From Antedon mediterranea (Eukaryota > Animalia > Echinodermata), in assembly GCF_964355755.1 (NCBI RefSeq), contig NC_092676.1, forward strand, positions 2,299,788 to 2,363,787: a stretch of DNA of 64,000 nucleotides. Direction: 5' to 3'. The notes beneath the pieces are model-generated. The model made no database searches. It was given only the letters and a program-made list of their open reading frames with translations, and had not been told where the DNA came from. Positions 11,001-25,634 of the stretch are shown in pieces. The position numbers and the translations under genes were made by a program. Numbering within the stretch: the stretch's first letter is position 1; the number at the start of each line of letters is the position of its first letter.

Positions 11001-14000
11001 AAAATTGAAAAAATAACTTCTGGATCATTGGTTGATTTGCATCGAAGACCAACCTTTACAATTGATTTTGCTTTTCCTAGGAGGAGGGACAAAATTTCTT
11101 CCCCGACCTCTTGTATAGGAAGATATTTCTGATATATGATCTTATTTGGTCCTCCCAATCTAAATAGGGTACTTTAGCGGACTCGCCACGAAAGACTGGA
11201 GGTTGCCTTATCTCTTGCTTCATTACTATTTGTGGTTGTATTAGAGGGGCCGTTATGGTGGAAGTTCTATCTGCTCTTAACCTAATATTATCAACATGGG
11301 TTGGTACAGACTGTGGTCCTGGTCTTATCATCCCACGACCCCTTCCTCTCCCTCGGGGAGTCGATACAATTGACATGATATTATATATAGATTGCAATTA
11401 TATTAAATATATAAGAAAATAAAATATATTAAACTTATCAGATTTAAGTTGTACTTGATGTAACTAGTCAATGGCACGTCCGACGGATGAACTAGTAAGC
11501 GTAGCTTGGTTGCAGTAGATTACTTGAACTTCAGTTGGTGATCTCTTCCTCAAAATCCTAGTCACGGCACCAAAGAAGGTTCTTGCTGGTTACACACCAA
11601 ATTCAGGATTTGAGGTGACGTTCACGCAATGAATACTCCGAGACGGTTTTGTTGGCTTTCAAATAGTTTTATTCTCACTGCGGATCACGTGATACTTAAT
11701 TAACCAATAAAATGGCAAAGATATGGTGTGTTATAAACTTTGATGACGTACGAATTGCTGCTTTTCTTCGTGCAGCTTTTAGGCATACCTAGTACTGGAT
11801 TGTGATTCTTCCTCGCCGTCATGCAGTACTTGCTGGTCTACAAAACTTTAGGCTGAGATATCTCAGGAAGTAGACATGGTATCAAGATATTTTTTTTTTA
11901 GCATTTTTATAAATCTTGGATTATGTAGGTTATGTAGTATTTGTGAAAATCTCAATTTTGAAAATTCTGACTTATGTCTGCTTTCCCTTGCATGTGCCAC
12001 ATATCTGAATACGTGAATAGCATACTGTATACAAAATGGTGACTTTAGAATACTGTTTGTAATAACAATGCAATTCAAATTGAAAATCATGTTTTGAAGG
12101 ATTATCTTCATTTATGGGCAATCTCACAGTAACCTAGGCCGCAAGTGTCTCGCAGGGAAAAGACAATTAAACATCAGTTACGAACACGTTTGTATCAGCC
12201 ACTATTTAGATTTTAATTAAAATTTGTATTGAATTACCACATAACATAATACGTACAACTGGTATTTTGATTTAATAAGGAGTGTCAGTGACAAACCAAG
12301 AATAGAAAGGCCACACCCAATATACGAAATATAAAAGAGAGCCAATTGATGCTTCTCGGGCAGCTCTGCCGTATCACCATATACATCCTAGAAAACAAAA
12401 TGCATTTATATTCCTCTGGTATTTTTTACACATAGCTCTAATTATTCAGATAATGAAAGCACTAACCATAAGTAAAGCAAAGTTTGTGAAATGATTGCAT
12501 TTACACGTTGTACTTGTATCATTTGTTGAATCAACCCAGCACCCATTAGTTGACCAACCTCCGATTCCTCCTGAAATTTTGGATTATAAAAGAAAATTGT
12601 TAAAATGAACAACTGATTCCCATCTACAAAACTACCCCAATTTACTTTAAAAAGGTAAACGTATGGATGCTACAGTAGACACATTTTAGTATTTTATGTA
12701 AAAACCTTTACAAAATTGCTATTTTATAACATTACCGTTAGCAGTAAAATTCCAGAATACACATTTTTAAACAAAAAAAACAAAACTGTTATAATTCAAA
12801 GAAACTTTATTATTAGAATAAAAAACTGTCACTATTTTATGCAAGTTTACGTTGTGTTTTATGAATGAAATATAAAAAAGAATGTATACAGTATCTTCAA
12901 CTAATATGCCTATGGCATAAACACAGATTAAAAACTTACGTCTGTTTGTCTGTGAATAAGAGTTATGGAAATTGGAGATAACGGATCTGTCGGAGCCAAG
13001 TCCCCAATTGTAGCCAATATAACAAAACTGTTCAATACGTTTGTTTTAATTGGTTCTTCAAATGTTTCGTAATTAGAAAAAGAAAAGCTGGCACTTCTGA
13101 TCAACAATATTATTATACAAAACTACAAGTTACAATACTAGACTATCATTAAATACTTTTTCAATACATAATAATTATTTTGTTATAAATGATTTTAACT
13201 TCAATTCATTTTAAAAAAAAGAAGATGAAAACGTTCTAATTTACGTAAAAGAACTTTGACAGCACTATGCATCAAAGTAAACTGTGTCTGTAAAGAAACA
13301 AACTGCCATCTTGGTATCGGTCCGATTTGCTCGAACATAGATCTCGGCATAGTAACAGATGTAAAATCACTCACTCAGTAGAACGAATACTGAACGACAC
13401 GTGATACTTAATTAACCAATAAAATGGCAAAGATATGGTGTGTTATAAACTTTGATGACGTACGAATTGCTGCTTTTCTTTGTGCAGCTTTTAGGCATAC
13501 CTAGTACTAGATTGTGATTCTTCCTCGCCGTCATGCAGTACTTGCTGATCTACATCTTCTGCCATTTGACTTGCACTTTCCGTCACGTTCCCCATACCTG
13601 TATACGTCCATCCAAGGTCCTTCGAATGGTAACACATGTAGTTTTTTTTGTTCCATTAGATGTAACTGCATTGATCAGTTCTGTCAGTTCAGACTTGTTA
13701 AGTTTTCTTACCAAACTGTTTATTGCTGATGTTTTGAATCTGTCTGGTCGTCCTTTGCTATAGGAAATTAGATTGTCTACAGCATCCATATTTATATTCT
13801 CTTACAATGTACCTGTAGTTTAAACATAAACCGGAAGCGGTTTCACAAGCCTTTGGGCCTGTGCTGTAGAAATCAGCCATAGGAGTGTCTGACAGAAGCT
13901 CATCACTAAAATTTTGTCTTAAAATTGAAAAAATAACTTCTGGATCATTGGTTGATTTGCATCGAAGACCAACCTTTACAATTGATTTTGCTTTTCCTAG

Positions 14001-14477
14001 GAGGAGGGACAAAATTTCTTCCCCGACCTCTTGTATAGGAAGATATTTCTGATATATGATCTTATTTGGTCCTCCCAATCTAAATAGGGTACTTTAGCGG
14101 ACTCGCCACGAAAGACTGGAGGTTGCCTTATCTCTTGCTTCATTACTATTTGTGGTTGTATTAGAGGGGCCGTTATGGTCTAAGTTCTATCTGCTCTTAA
14201 CCTAATATTATCAACATGGGTTGGTACAGACTGTGGTCCTGGTCTTATCATCCCACGACCCCTTCCTCTCCCTCGGGGAGTCGATACAATTGATATGATA
14301 ATATTATATACAGATTGCAATTATATTAAATATATAAAAAATTAAAATATATTAAACTTATCAGATTTAAGTTGTACTTGATGTAACTAGTCAATGGCAC
14401 GTCCGACGGATGAACTATTAAGCGTAGCTTGGTTGCAGTAGATTACTTGAACTTCAGTTGGTGATCTCTTCCTCAAA

Positions 14478-14495
14478 ATCCTGGTCACGGCACCA
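14478..14495 (-). promoter_or_regulatory. tRNA-His primer-binding site of the Gypsy fragment (intact variant)
   Basis: The minus strand reads ...GGTTACA ttctt TGGTGCCGTGACCAGGAT. This is an LTR end (CA), a 5-nt spacer, and 18 nt complementary to the animal tRNA-His 3' end (ATCCTGGTCACGGCACCA). Confidence 0.85.
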
Positions 14496-17400
14496 AAGAA
14501 TGTAACCGGTTCTTGCTGGTTACACACCAAATTCAGGATTTGAGGTGACGTTCACGCAATGAATACTCCGAGACGGTTTTGTTGGCTTTCAAATAGTTTT
14601 ATTCTCACTGCGGATCACGTGATAATTAACCAATAAAATGGCAAAGATATGGTGTGTTATAAACTTTGATGACGTACGAATTGCTGCTTTTCTTTGTGCA
14701 GTTTTTAGGCATACTGTACCTGGTACTGGATTGTGATTCTTTCTCGCCGTCATGCAGTACTTTCTGGTCTACATCTTCTGCCATTTGACTTGCACTTTCC
14801 ATCACGTTCCCCATAACCTGTCTGCTAGAATCTTTATAAACAGCAATATTGTTTGCCAAGTTTTCCATTACCGTAACGACAATCTCGAAGTCATCGGTCG
14901 TGAAGTCGCCAGCAGAGGACGTCTTATCCATCAGCATAGTAGAAAGTGGCAATGCACTTTCTGAAAAAAAGTACAATAATGACCAATACATAACAGGCAC
15001 ACAACTGAAAGTTGTTTGAAAACAATGTTTTAGGATAAAAACTTTCCCGTTGGCGCAATATATGCTATGCCACACCCATCGATTAACGTTGATCACCTTT
15101 GTACATATTGGCAGCTGCTTCAATATTTCTTTGTCGATACAAATTATCTGGTGTTATGAAAGTTAGGCGCGGGATCCATCATCCGATTGTATGTATTTCT
15201 GATATATTTCTTATTAATTTAAAAAATATTCATAATATCCATATTATTTTCAATGTGCACGTTTGACTTCCTGCAGTGACCTCTGTTGACACCAAAGCCT
15301 GAAAATTGCGTGTCAAGACGCTTTCGTAAGAGAATTTGGTACGATTTAAATTTGGAAAACATCTTTAATTTATTTTGAAAGAATTAAATATAGAAATAGA
15401 TATATTGGTCACAAAAAAAGGAGAAGAAAGTGTGTCTTGATTGAAAAGCAGAGGAAGAAAACTAAAAGAATGTAAACGATAACGAAATACTGTCTACTGT
15501 AGATGTTTTCAGCTAATGACGACATGGACACAATACAAAAACGAGAAGTAAGAAAATAATTCTAAAAGAATTATAATATAGGTTAATTGATTTATTTTAT
15601 TTATTTTATTCATTTCGGCAATAAACATAAAATAATAATTACAAAAAAAACATAAAAATATATATATATATATGAAAAACAAGACACGAGGCCGAGGAAA
15701 GACAAAAGCATTAAACAAACGCTGTCACCGGTAAGGTGTGTCTCTCCTACACATAAATAACAAATAACAAGAATATATACAAATATAGTAGACATATCAT
15801 TTCATTTAAAAATTTAAAAAGTTTCTCTCCGAGATTTAAAATATAGCTTTAGAGATAATTTAAAATTAATAAAAGAACCATTAACAAAAACATCACGAAT
15901 CAGATTGGGTATGGAATTCCAAGTTCTAGTGAATCTGGTCGGGATGCAAAATGATAGATGTATATTTAAACATTGGTATTGGTAGTACGTCATAGTTGTA
16001 TTTTTACCATTTTCTTGTTGAAAAGTTGCCTGGGTTGTATGGACATTCAACTTTTGCTGTGGTTTTTCCTTCAGTTTGTAGCCAAACAAATGTGCCCTGG
16101 AGATCTGTCAACGTTTCACCTCGACTTGTCTGCACTGTCTCTTGTCCAGATGTTTCATTTAAGAAATGAGTTGTTGAATTCTGAACAAGTGATGTGGTCA
16201 TTAAAGTTGTTGATGGAGTCGTATTAGTGAGAGTAGTTGACAATGCTGGTTCTGTAGTTTCTGCCCCAGGATGGGTAGAAGGTGGCTGTGTGTGGTATCA
16301 TTACTTTCTTCTTCATCACTGTAGGCATTTAAATAGCATAATTAATAAATTATTTATAAATTGAATACCTGTATACTGTACGTCCATCCAAGGTCCTTCG
16401 AATGGTAACAAATTAATTTTTTTTTTTAGTGCCATTTGAAATAACTGCATTTATCAGTTCTGTCAGTTCGGAGTTTTCAAGTTTTTTGACCAAACTGTTG
16501 ATGGCAGAGGTTTTGAATCCGTCTGGTCCTCCTTGGCTATGGCAAATTAGATTGTCTACAGCATCCATATTTATATTCTCTCACAATGTACCTGTAGTTT
16601 AAACATAAACCGGAAGCGGTTTCACAAGCCTTTGGGCCTGTGCTGTAGAAATCAGCCATAGGAGTGTCTGACAGAAGCTCATCACTAAAATTTTGTCTTA
16701 AAATTGAAAAAATAACTTCTGGATCATTGGTTGATTTGCATCGAAGACCAACCTTTACAATTGATTTTGCTTTTCCTAGGAGGAGGGACAAAATTTCTTC
16801 CCCGACCTCTTGTATAGGAAGATATTTCTGATATATGATCTTATTTGGTCCTCCCAATCTAAATAGGGTACTTTAGCGGACTCGCCACGAAAGACTGGAG
16901 GTTGCCTTATCTCTTGCTTCATTACTATTTGTGGTTGTATTAGAGGGGCCGTTATGGTGGAAGTTCTATCTGCTCTTAACCTAATATTATCAACATGGGT
17001 TGGTACAGACTGTGGTCCTGGTCTTATCATCCCACGACCCCTTCCTCTCCCTCGGGGAGTCGATACAATTGACATGATATTATATATAGATTGCAATTAT
17101 ATTAAATATATAAGAAAATAAAATATATTAAACTTATCAGATTTAAGTTGTACTTGATGTAACTAGTCAATGGCACGTCCGACGGATGAACTAGTAAGCG
17201 TAGCTTGGTTGCAGTAGATTACTTGAACTTCAGTTGGTGATCTCTTCCTCAAAATCCTAGTCACGGCACCAAAGAAGGTTCTTGCTGGTTACACACCAAA
17301 TTCAGGATTTGAGGTGACGTTCACGCAATGAATACTCCGAGACGGTTTTGTTGGCTTTCAAATAGTTTTATTCTCACTGCGGATCACGTGATACTTAATT

Positions 17401-20400
17401 AACCAATAAAATGGCAAAGATATGGTGTGTTATAAACTTTGATGACGTACGAATTGCTGCTTTTCTTCGTGCAGCTTTTAGGCATACCTAGTACTGGATT
17501 GTGATTCTTCCTCGCCGTCATGCAGTACTTGCTGGTCTACAAAACTTTAGGCTGAGATATCTCAGGAAGTAGACATGGTATCAAGATATTTTTTTTTTAG
17601 CATTTTTATAAATCTTGGATTATGTAGGTTATGTAGTATTTGTGAAAATCTCAATTTTGAAAATTCCGACTTATGTCTGCTTTCCCTTGCATGTGCCACA
17701 TATCTGAATACGTGAATAGCATACTGTATACAAAATGGTGACTTTAGAATACTGTTTGTAATAACAATGCAATTCAAATTGAAAATCATGTTTTGAAGGA
17801 TTATCTTCATTTATGGGCAATCTCACAGTAACCTAGGCCGCAAGTGTCTCGCAGGGAAAAGACAATTAAACATCAGTTACGAACACGTTTGTATCAGCCA
17901 CTATTTAGATTTTAATTAAAATTTGTATTGAATTACCACATAACATAATACGTACAACTGGTATTTTGATTTAATAAGGAGTGTCAGTGACAAACCAAGA
18001 ATAGAAAGGCCACACCCAATATACGAAATATAAAAGAGAGCCAATTGATGCTTCTCGGGCAGCTCTGCCGTATCACCATATACATCCTAGAAAACAAAAT
18101 GCATTTATATTCCTCTGGTATTTTTTACACATAGCTCTAATTATTCAGATAATGAAAGCACTAACCATAAGTAAAGCAAAGTTTGTGAAATGATTGCATT
18201 TACACGTTGTACTTGTATCATTTGTTGAATCAACCCAGCACCCATTAGTTGACCAACCTCCGATTCCTCCTGAAATTTTGGATTATAAAAGAAAATTGTT
18301 AAAATGAACAACTGATTCCCATCTACAAAACTACCCCAATTTACTTTAAAAAGGTAAACGTATGGATGCTACAGTAGACACATTTTAGTATTTTATGTAA
18401 AAACCTTTACAAAATTGCTATTTTATAACATTACCGTTAGCAGTAAAATTCCAGAATACACATTTTTAAACAAAAAAAACAAAACTGTTATAATTCAAAG
18501 AAACTTTATTATTAGAATAAAAAACTGTCACTATTTTATGCAAGTTTACGTTGTGTTTTATGAATGAAATATAAAAAAGAATGTATACAGTATCTTCAAC
18601 TAATATGCCTATGGCATAAACACAGATTAAAAACTTACGTCTGTTTGTCTGTGAATAAGAGTTATGGAAATTGGAGATAACGGATCTGTCGGAGCCAAGT
18701 CCCCAATTGTAGCCAATATAACAAAACTGTTCAATACGTTTGTTTTAATTGGTTCTTCAAATGTTTCGTAATTAGAAAAAGAAAAGCTGGCACTTCTGAT
18801 CAACAATATTATTATACAAAACTACAAGTTACAATACTAGACTATCATTAAATACTTTTTCAATACATAATAATTATTTTGTTATAAATGATTTTAACTT
18901 CAATTCATTTTAAAAAAAAGAAGATGAAAACGTTCTAATTTACGTAAAAGAACTTTGACAGCACTATGCATCAAAGTAAACTGTGTCTGTAAAGAAACAA
19001 ACTGCCATCTTGGTATCTGTCCGATTTGCTCGAACATAGATCTCGGCATAGTAACAGATGTAAAATCACTCACTCAGTAGAACGAATACTGAACGACACG
19101 TGATACTTAATTAACCAATAAAATGGCAAAGATATGGTGTGTTATAAACTTTGATGACGTACGAATTGCTGCTTTTCTTTGTGCAGCTTTTAGGCATACC
19201 TAGTACTGGATTGTGATTCTTCCTCGCCGTCATGCAGTACTTGCTGATCTACATCTTCTGCCATTTGACTTGCACTTTCCGTCACGTTCCCCATACCTGT
19301 ATACGTCCATCCAAGGTCCTTCGAATGGTAACACATGTAGTTTTTTTTGTTCCATTAGATGTAACTGCATTGATCAGTTCTGTCAGTTCAGACTTGTTAA
19401 GTTTTCTTACCAAACTGTTTATTGCTGATGTTTTGAATCTGTCTGGTCGTCCTTTGCTATAGGAAATTAGATTGTCTACAGCATCCATATTTATATTCTC
19501 TTACAATGTACCTGTAGTTTAAACATAAACCGGAAGCGGTTTCACAAGCCTTTGGGCCTGTGCTGTAGAAATCAGCCATAGGAGTGTCTGACAGAAGCTC
19601 ATCACTAAAATTTTGTCTTAAAATTGAAAAAATAACTTCTGGATCATTGGTTGATTTGCATCGAAGACCAACCTTTACAATTGATTTTGCTTTTCCTAGG
19701 AGGAGGGACAAAATTTCTTCCCCGACCTCTTGTATAGGAAGATATTTCTGATATATGATCTTATTTGGTCCTCCCAATCTAAATAGGGTACTTTAGCGGA
19801 CTCGCCACGAAAGACTGGAGGTTGCCTTATCTCTTGCTTCATTACTATTTGTGGTTGTATTAGAGGGGCCGTTATGGTCTAAGTTCTATCTGCTCTTAAC
19901 CTAATATTATCAACATGGGTTGGTACAGACTGTGGTCCTGGTCTTATCATCCCACGACCCCTTCCTCTCCCTCGGGGAGTCGATACAATTGATATGATAA
20001 TATTATATACAGATTGCAATTATATTAAATATATAAAAAATTAAAATATATTAAACTTATCAGATTTAAGTTGTACTTGATGTAACTAGTCAATGGCACG
20101 TCCGACGGATGAACTATTAAGCGTAGCTTGGTTGCAGTAGATTACTTGAACTTCAGTTGGTGATCTCTTCCTCAAAATCCTGGTCACGGCACCAAAGAAT
20201 GTAACCGGTTCTTGCTGGTTACACACCAAATTCAGGATTTGAGGTGACGTTCACGCAATGAATACTCCGAGACGGTTTTGTTGGCTTTCAAATAGTTTTA
20301 TTCTCACTGCGGATCATGTGATAATTAACCAATAAAATGGCAAAGATATGGTGTGTTATAAACTTTGATGACGTACGAATTGCTGCTTTTCTTCGTGCAG

Positions 20401-23400
20401 CTTTTAGGCATACCTAGTACTGGATTGTGATTCTTCCTCGCCGTCATGCAGTACTTGCTGGTCTACAAAACTTTAGGCTGAGATATCTCAGGAAGTAGAC
20501 ATGGTATCAAGATATTTTTTTTTTAGCATTTTTATAAATCTTGGATTATGTAGGTTATGTAGTATTTGTGAAAATCTCAATTTTGAAAATTCCGACTTAT
20601 GTCTGCTTTCCCTTGCATGTGCCACATATCTGAATACGTGAATAGCATACTGTATACAAAATGGTGACTTTAGAATACTGTTTGTAATAACAATGCAATT
20701 CAAATTGAAAATCATGTTTTGAAGGATTATCTTCATTTATGGGCAATCTCACAGTAACCTAGGCCGCAAGTGTCTCGCAGGGAAAAGACAATTAAACATC
20801 AGTTACGAACACGTTTGTATCAGCCACTATTTAGATTTTAATTAAAATTTGTATTGAATTACCACATAACATAATACGTACAACTGGTATTTTGATTTAA
20901 TAAGGAGTGTCAGTGACAAACCAAGAATAGAAAGGCCACACCCAATATACGAAATATAAAAGAGAGCCAATTGATGCTTCTCGGGCAGCTCTGCCGTATC
21001 ACCATATACATCCTAGAAAACAAAATGCATTTATATTCCTCTGGTATTTTTTACACATAGCTCTAATTATTCAGATAATGAAAGCACTAACCATAAGTAA
21101 AGCAAAGTTTGTGAAATGATTGCATTTACACGTTGTACTTGTATCATTTGTTGAATCAACCCAGCACCCATTAGTTGACCAACCTCCGATTCCTCCTGAA
21201 ATTTTGGATTATAAAAGAAAATTGTTAAAATGAACAACTGATTCCCATCTACAAAACTACCCCAATTTACTTTAAAAAGGTAAACGTATGGATGCTACAG
21301 TAGACACATTTTAGTATTTTATGTAAAAACCTTTACAAAATTGCTATTTTATAACATTACCGTTAGCAGTAAAATTCCAGAATACACATTTTTAAACAAA
21401 AAAAACAAAACTGTTATAATTCAAAGAAACTTTATTATTAGAATAAAAAACTGTCACTATTTTATGCAAGTTTACGTTGTGTTTTATGAATGAAATATAA
21501 AAAAGAATGTATACAGTATCTTCAACTAATATGCCTATGGCATAAACACAGATTAAAAACTTACGTCTGTTTGTCTGTGAATAAGAGTTATGGAAATTGG
21601 AGATAACGGATCTGTCGGAGCCAAGTCCCCAATTGTAGCCAATATAACAAAACTGTTCAATACGTTTGTTTTAATTGGTTCTTCAAATGTTTCGTAATTA
21701 GAAAAAGAAAAGCTGGCACTTCTGATCAACAATATTATTATACAAAACTACAAGTTACAATACTAGACTATCATTAAATACTTTTTCAATACATAATAAT
21801 TATTTTGTTATAAATGATTTTAACTTCAATTCATTTTTAAAAAAAGAAGATGAAAACGTTCTAATTTACGTAAAAGAACTTTGACAGCACTATGCATCAA
21901 AGTAAACTGTGTCTGTAAAGAAACAAACTGCCATCTTGGTATCGGTCCGATTTGCTCGAACATAGATCTCGGCATAGTAACAGATGTAAAATCACTCACT
22001 CAGTAGAACGAATACTGAACGACACGTGATACTTAATTAACCAATAAAATGGCAAAGATATGGTGTGTTATAAACTTTGATGACGTACGAATTGCTGCTT
22101 TTCTTTGTGCAGCTTTTAGGCATACCTAGTACTAGATTGTGATTCTTCCTCGCCGTCATGCAGTACTTGCTGATCTACATCTTCTGCCATTTGACTTGCA
22201 CTTTCCGTCACGTTCCCCATACCTGTATACGTCCATCCAAGGTCCTTCGAATGGTAACACATGTAGTTTTTTTTGTTCCATTAGATGTAACTGCATTGAT
22301 CAGTTCTGTCAGTTCAGACTTGTTAAGTTTTCTTACCAAACTGTTTATTGCTGATGTTTTGAATCTGTCTGGTCGTCCTTTGCTATAGGAAATTAGATTG
22401 TCTACAGCATCCATATTTATATTCTCTCACAATGTACCTGTAGTTTAAACATAAACCGGAAGCGGTTTCACAAGCCTTTGGGCCTGTGCTGTAGAAATCA
22501 GCCATAGGAGTGTCTGACAGAAGCTCATCACTAAAATTTTGTCTTAAAATTGAAAAAATAACTTCTGGATCATTGGTTGATTTGCATCGAAGACCAACCT
22601 TTACAATTGATTTTGCTTTTCCTAGGAGGAGGGACAAAATTTCTTCCCCGACCTCTTGTATAGGAAGATATTTCTGATATATGATCTTATTTGGTCCTCC
22701 CAATCTAAATAGGGTACTTTAGCGGACTCGCCACGAAAGACTGGAGGTTGCCTTATCTCTTGCTTCATTACTATTTGTGGTTGTATTAGAGGGGCCGTTA
22801 TGGTCTAAGTTCTATCTGCTCTTAACCTAATATTATCAACATGGGTTGGTACAGACTGTGGTCCTGGTCTTATCATCCCACGACCCCTTCCTCTCCCTCG
22901 GGGAGTCGATACAATTGATATGATAATATTATATACAGATTGCAATTATATTAAATATATAAAAAATTAAAATATATTAAACTTATCAGATTTAAGTTGT
23001 ACTTGATGTAACTAGTCAATGGCACGTCCGACGGATGAACTATTAAGCGTAGCTTGGTTGCAGTAGATTACTTGAACTTCAGTTGGTGATCTCTTCCTCA
23101 AAATCCTGGTCACGGCACCAAAGAATGTAACCGGTTCTTGCTGGTTACACACCAAATTCAGGATTTGAGGTGACGTTCACGCAATGAATACTCCGAGACG
23201 GTTTTGTTGGCTTTCAAATAGTTTTATTCTCACTGCGGATCACGTGATAATTAACCAATAAAATGGCAAAGATATGGTGTGTTATAAACTTTGATGACGT
23301 ACGAATTGCTGCTTTTCTTTGTGCAGTTTTTAGGCATACTGTACCTGGTACTGGATTGTGATTCTTTCTCGCCGTCATGCAGTACTTTCTGGTCTACATC

Positions 23401-25634
23401 TTCTGCCATTTGACTTGCACTTTCCATCACTTTCCCCATAACCTGTCTGCTAGAATCTTTATAAACAGCAATATTGTTTGCCAAGTTTTCCATTACCGTA
23501 ACGACAATCTCGAAGTCATCGGTCGTGAAGTCGCCAGCAGAGGACGTCTTATCCATCAGCATAGTAGAAAGTGGCAATGCACTTTCTGAAAAAAAGTACA
23601 ATAATGACCAATACATAACAGGCACACAACTGAAAGTTGTTTGAAAACAATGTTTTAGGATAAAAACTTTCCCGTTGGCGCAATATATGCTATGCCACAC
23701 CCATCGATTAACGTTGATCACCTTTGTACATATTGGCAGCTGCTTCAATATTTCTTTGTCGATACAAATTATCTGGTGTTATGAAAGTTAGGCGCGGGAT
23801 CCATCATCCGATTGTATGTATTTCTGATATATTTCTTATTAATTTAAAAAATATTCATAATATCCATATTATTTTCAATGTGCACGTTTGACTTCCTGCA
23901 GTGACCTCTGTTGACACCAAAGCCTAAAAATTGCGTGTCAAGACGCTTTCGTAAGAGAATTTGGTACGATTTAAATTTGGAAAACATCTTTAATTTATTT
24001 TGAAAGAATTAAATATAGAAATAGATATATTGGTCACAAAAAAAGGAGAAGAAAGTGTGTCTTGATTGAAAAGCAGAGGAAGAAAACTAAAAGAATGTAA
24101 ACGATAACGAAATACTGTCTACTGTAGATGTTTTCAGCTAATGACGACATGGACACAATACAAAAACGAGAAGTAAGAAAATAATTCTAAAAGAATTATA
24201 ATATAGGTTAATTGATTTATTTTATTTATTTTATTCATTTCGGCAATAAACATAAAATAATAATTACAAAAAAAACATAAAAATATATATATATATATGA
24301 AAAACAAGACACGAGGCCGAGGAAAGACAAAAGCATTAAACAAACGCTGTCACCGGTAAGGTGTGTCTCTCCAACACATAAATAACAAATAACAAGAATA
24401 TATACAAATATAGTAGACATATCATTTCATTTAAAAATTTAAAAAGTTTCTCTCCGAGATTTAAAATATAGCTTTAGAGATAATTTAAAATTAATAAAAG
24501 AACCATTAACAAAAACATCACGAATCAGATTGGGTATGGAATTCCAAGTTCTAGTGAATCTGGTCGGGATGCAAAATGATAGATGTATATTTAAACATTG
24601 GTATTGGTAGTACGTCATAGTTGTATTTTTACCATTTTCTTGTTGAAAAGTTGCCTGGGTTGTATGGACATTCAACTTTTGCTGTGGTTTTTCCTTCAGT
24701 TTGTAGCCAAACAAATGTGCCCTGGAGATCTGTCAACGTTTCACCTCGACTTGTCTGCACTGTCTCTTGTCCAGATGTTTCATTTAAGAAATGAGTTGTT
24801 GAATTCTGAACAAGTGATGTGGTCATTAAAGTTGTTGATGGAGTCGTATTAGTGAGAGTAGTTGACAATGCTGGTTCTGTAGTTTCTGCCCCAGGATGGG
24901 TAGAAGGTGGCTGTGTGTGGTATCATTACTTTCTTCTTCATCACTGTAGGCATTTAAATAGCATAATTAATAAATTATTTATAAATTGAATACCTGTATA
25001 CTGTACGTCCATCCAAGGTCCTTCGAATGGTAACAAATTAATTTTTTTTTTTAGTGCCATTTGAAATAACTGCATTTATCAGTTCTGTCAGTTCGGAGTT
25101 TTCAAGTTTTTTGACCAAACTGTTGATGGCAGAGGTTTTGAATCCGTCTGGTCCTCCTTGGCTATGGCAAATTAGATTGTCTACAGCATCCATATTTATA
25201 TTCTCTCACAATGTACCTGTAGTTTAAACATAAACCGGAAGCGGTTTCACAAGCCTTTGGGCCTGTGCTGTAGAAATCAGCCATAGGAGTGTCTGACAGA
25301 AGCTCATCACTAAAATTTTGTCTTAAAATTGAAAAAATAACTTCTGGATCATTGGTTGATTTGCATCGAAGACCAACCTTTACAATTGATTTTGCTTTTC
25401 CTAGGAGGAGGGACAAAATTTCTTCCCCGACCTCTTGTATAGGAAGATATTTCTGATATATGATCTTATTGTTATAAATGATTTTAACTTCAATTCATTT
25501 TTAAAAAAAGAAGATGAAAACGTTCTAATTTACGTAAAAGAACTTTGACAGCACTATGCATCAAAGTAAACTGTGACAAATATATTTCCCTTTTATGAGA
25601 AAAAACATCAACAACAACAACAACAACAACAACA

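Larger units (their letters stand above)
1..25574 (-). repeat. Tandem array of composite gene-fragment modules (Gypsy LTR/PBS/gag + Smad4-like exon + adhesion-GPCR exons and introns); runs off the left window edge
   Basis: Identical ORFs recur in the track. The gag-fragment ORF has left ends 499, 4989, 7908, 10838, 13758, 16537, 19457, 22383 and 25162. Spacings are 2919-2930, 2779 or 4490 bp, and an 8625-bp offset recurs (11863/20488, 13514/22139, 14626/23251, 16537/25162). Copies differ by only a few SNPs and indels. Confidence 0.97.

Noticed and set aside
1-25574. CRISPR-like or spacer-acquisition array
   Set aside because: Units are kilobases long and near-identical, with no short repeat and unique spacer pattern and no cas genes. 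The DNA is eukaryotic.
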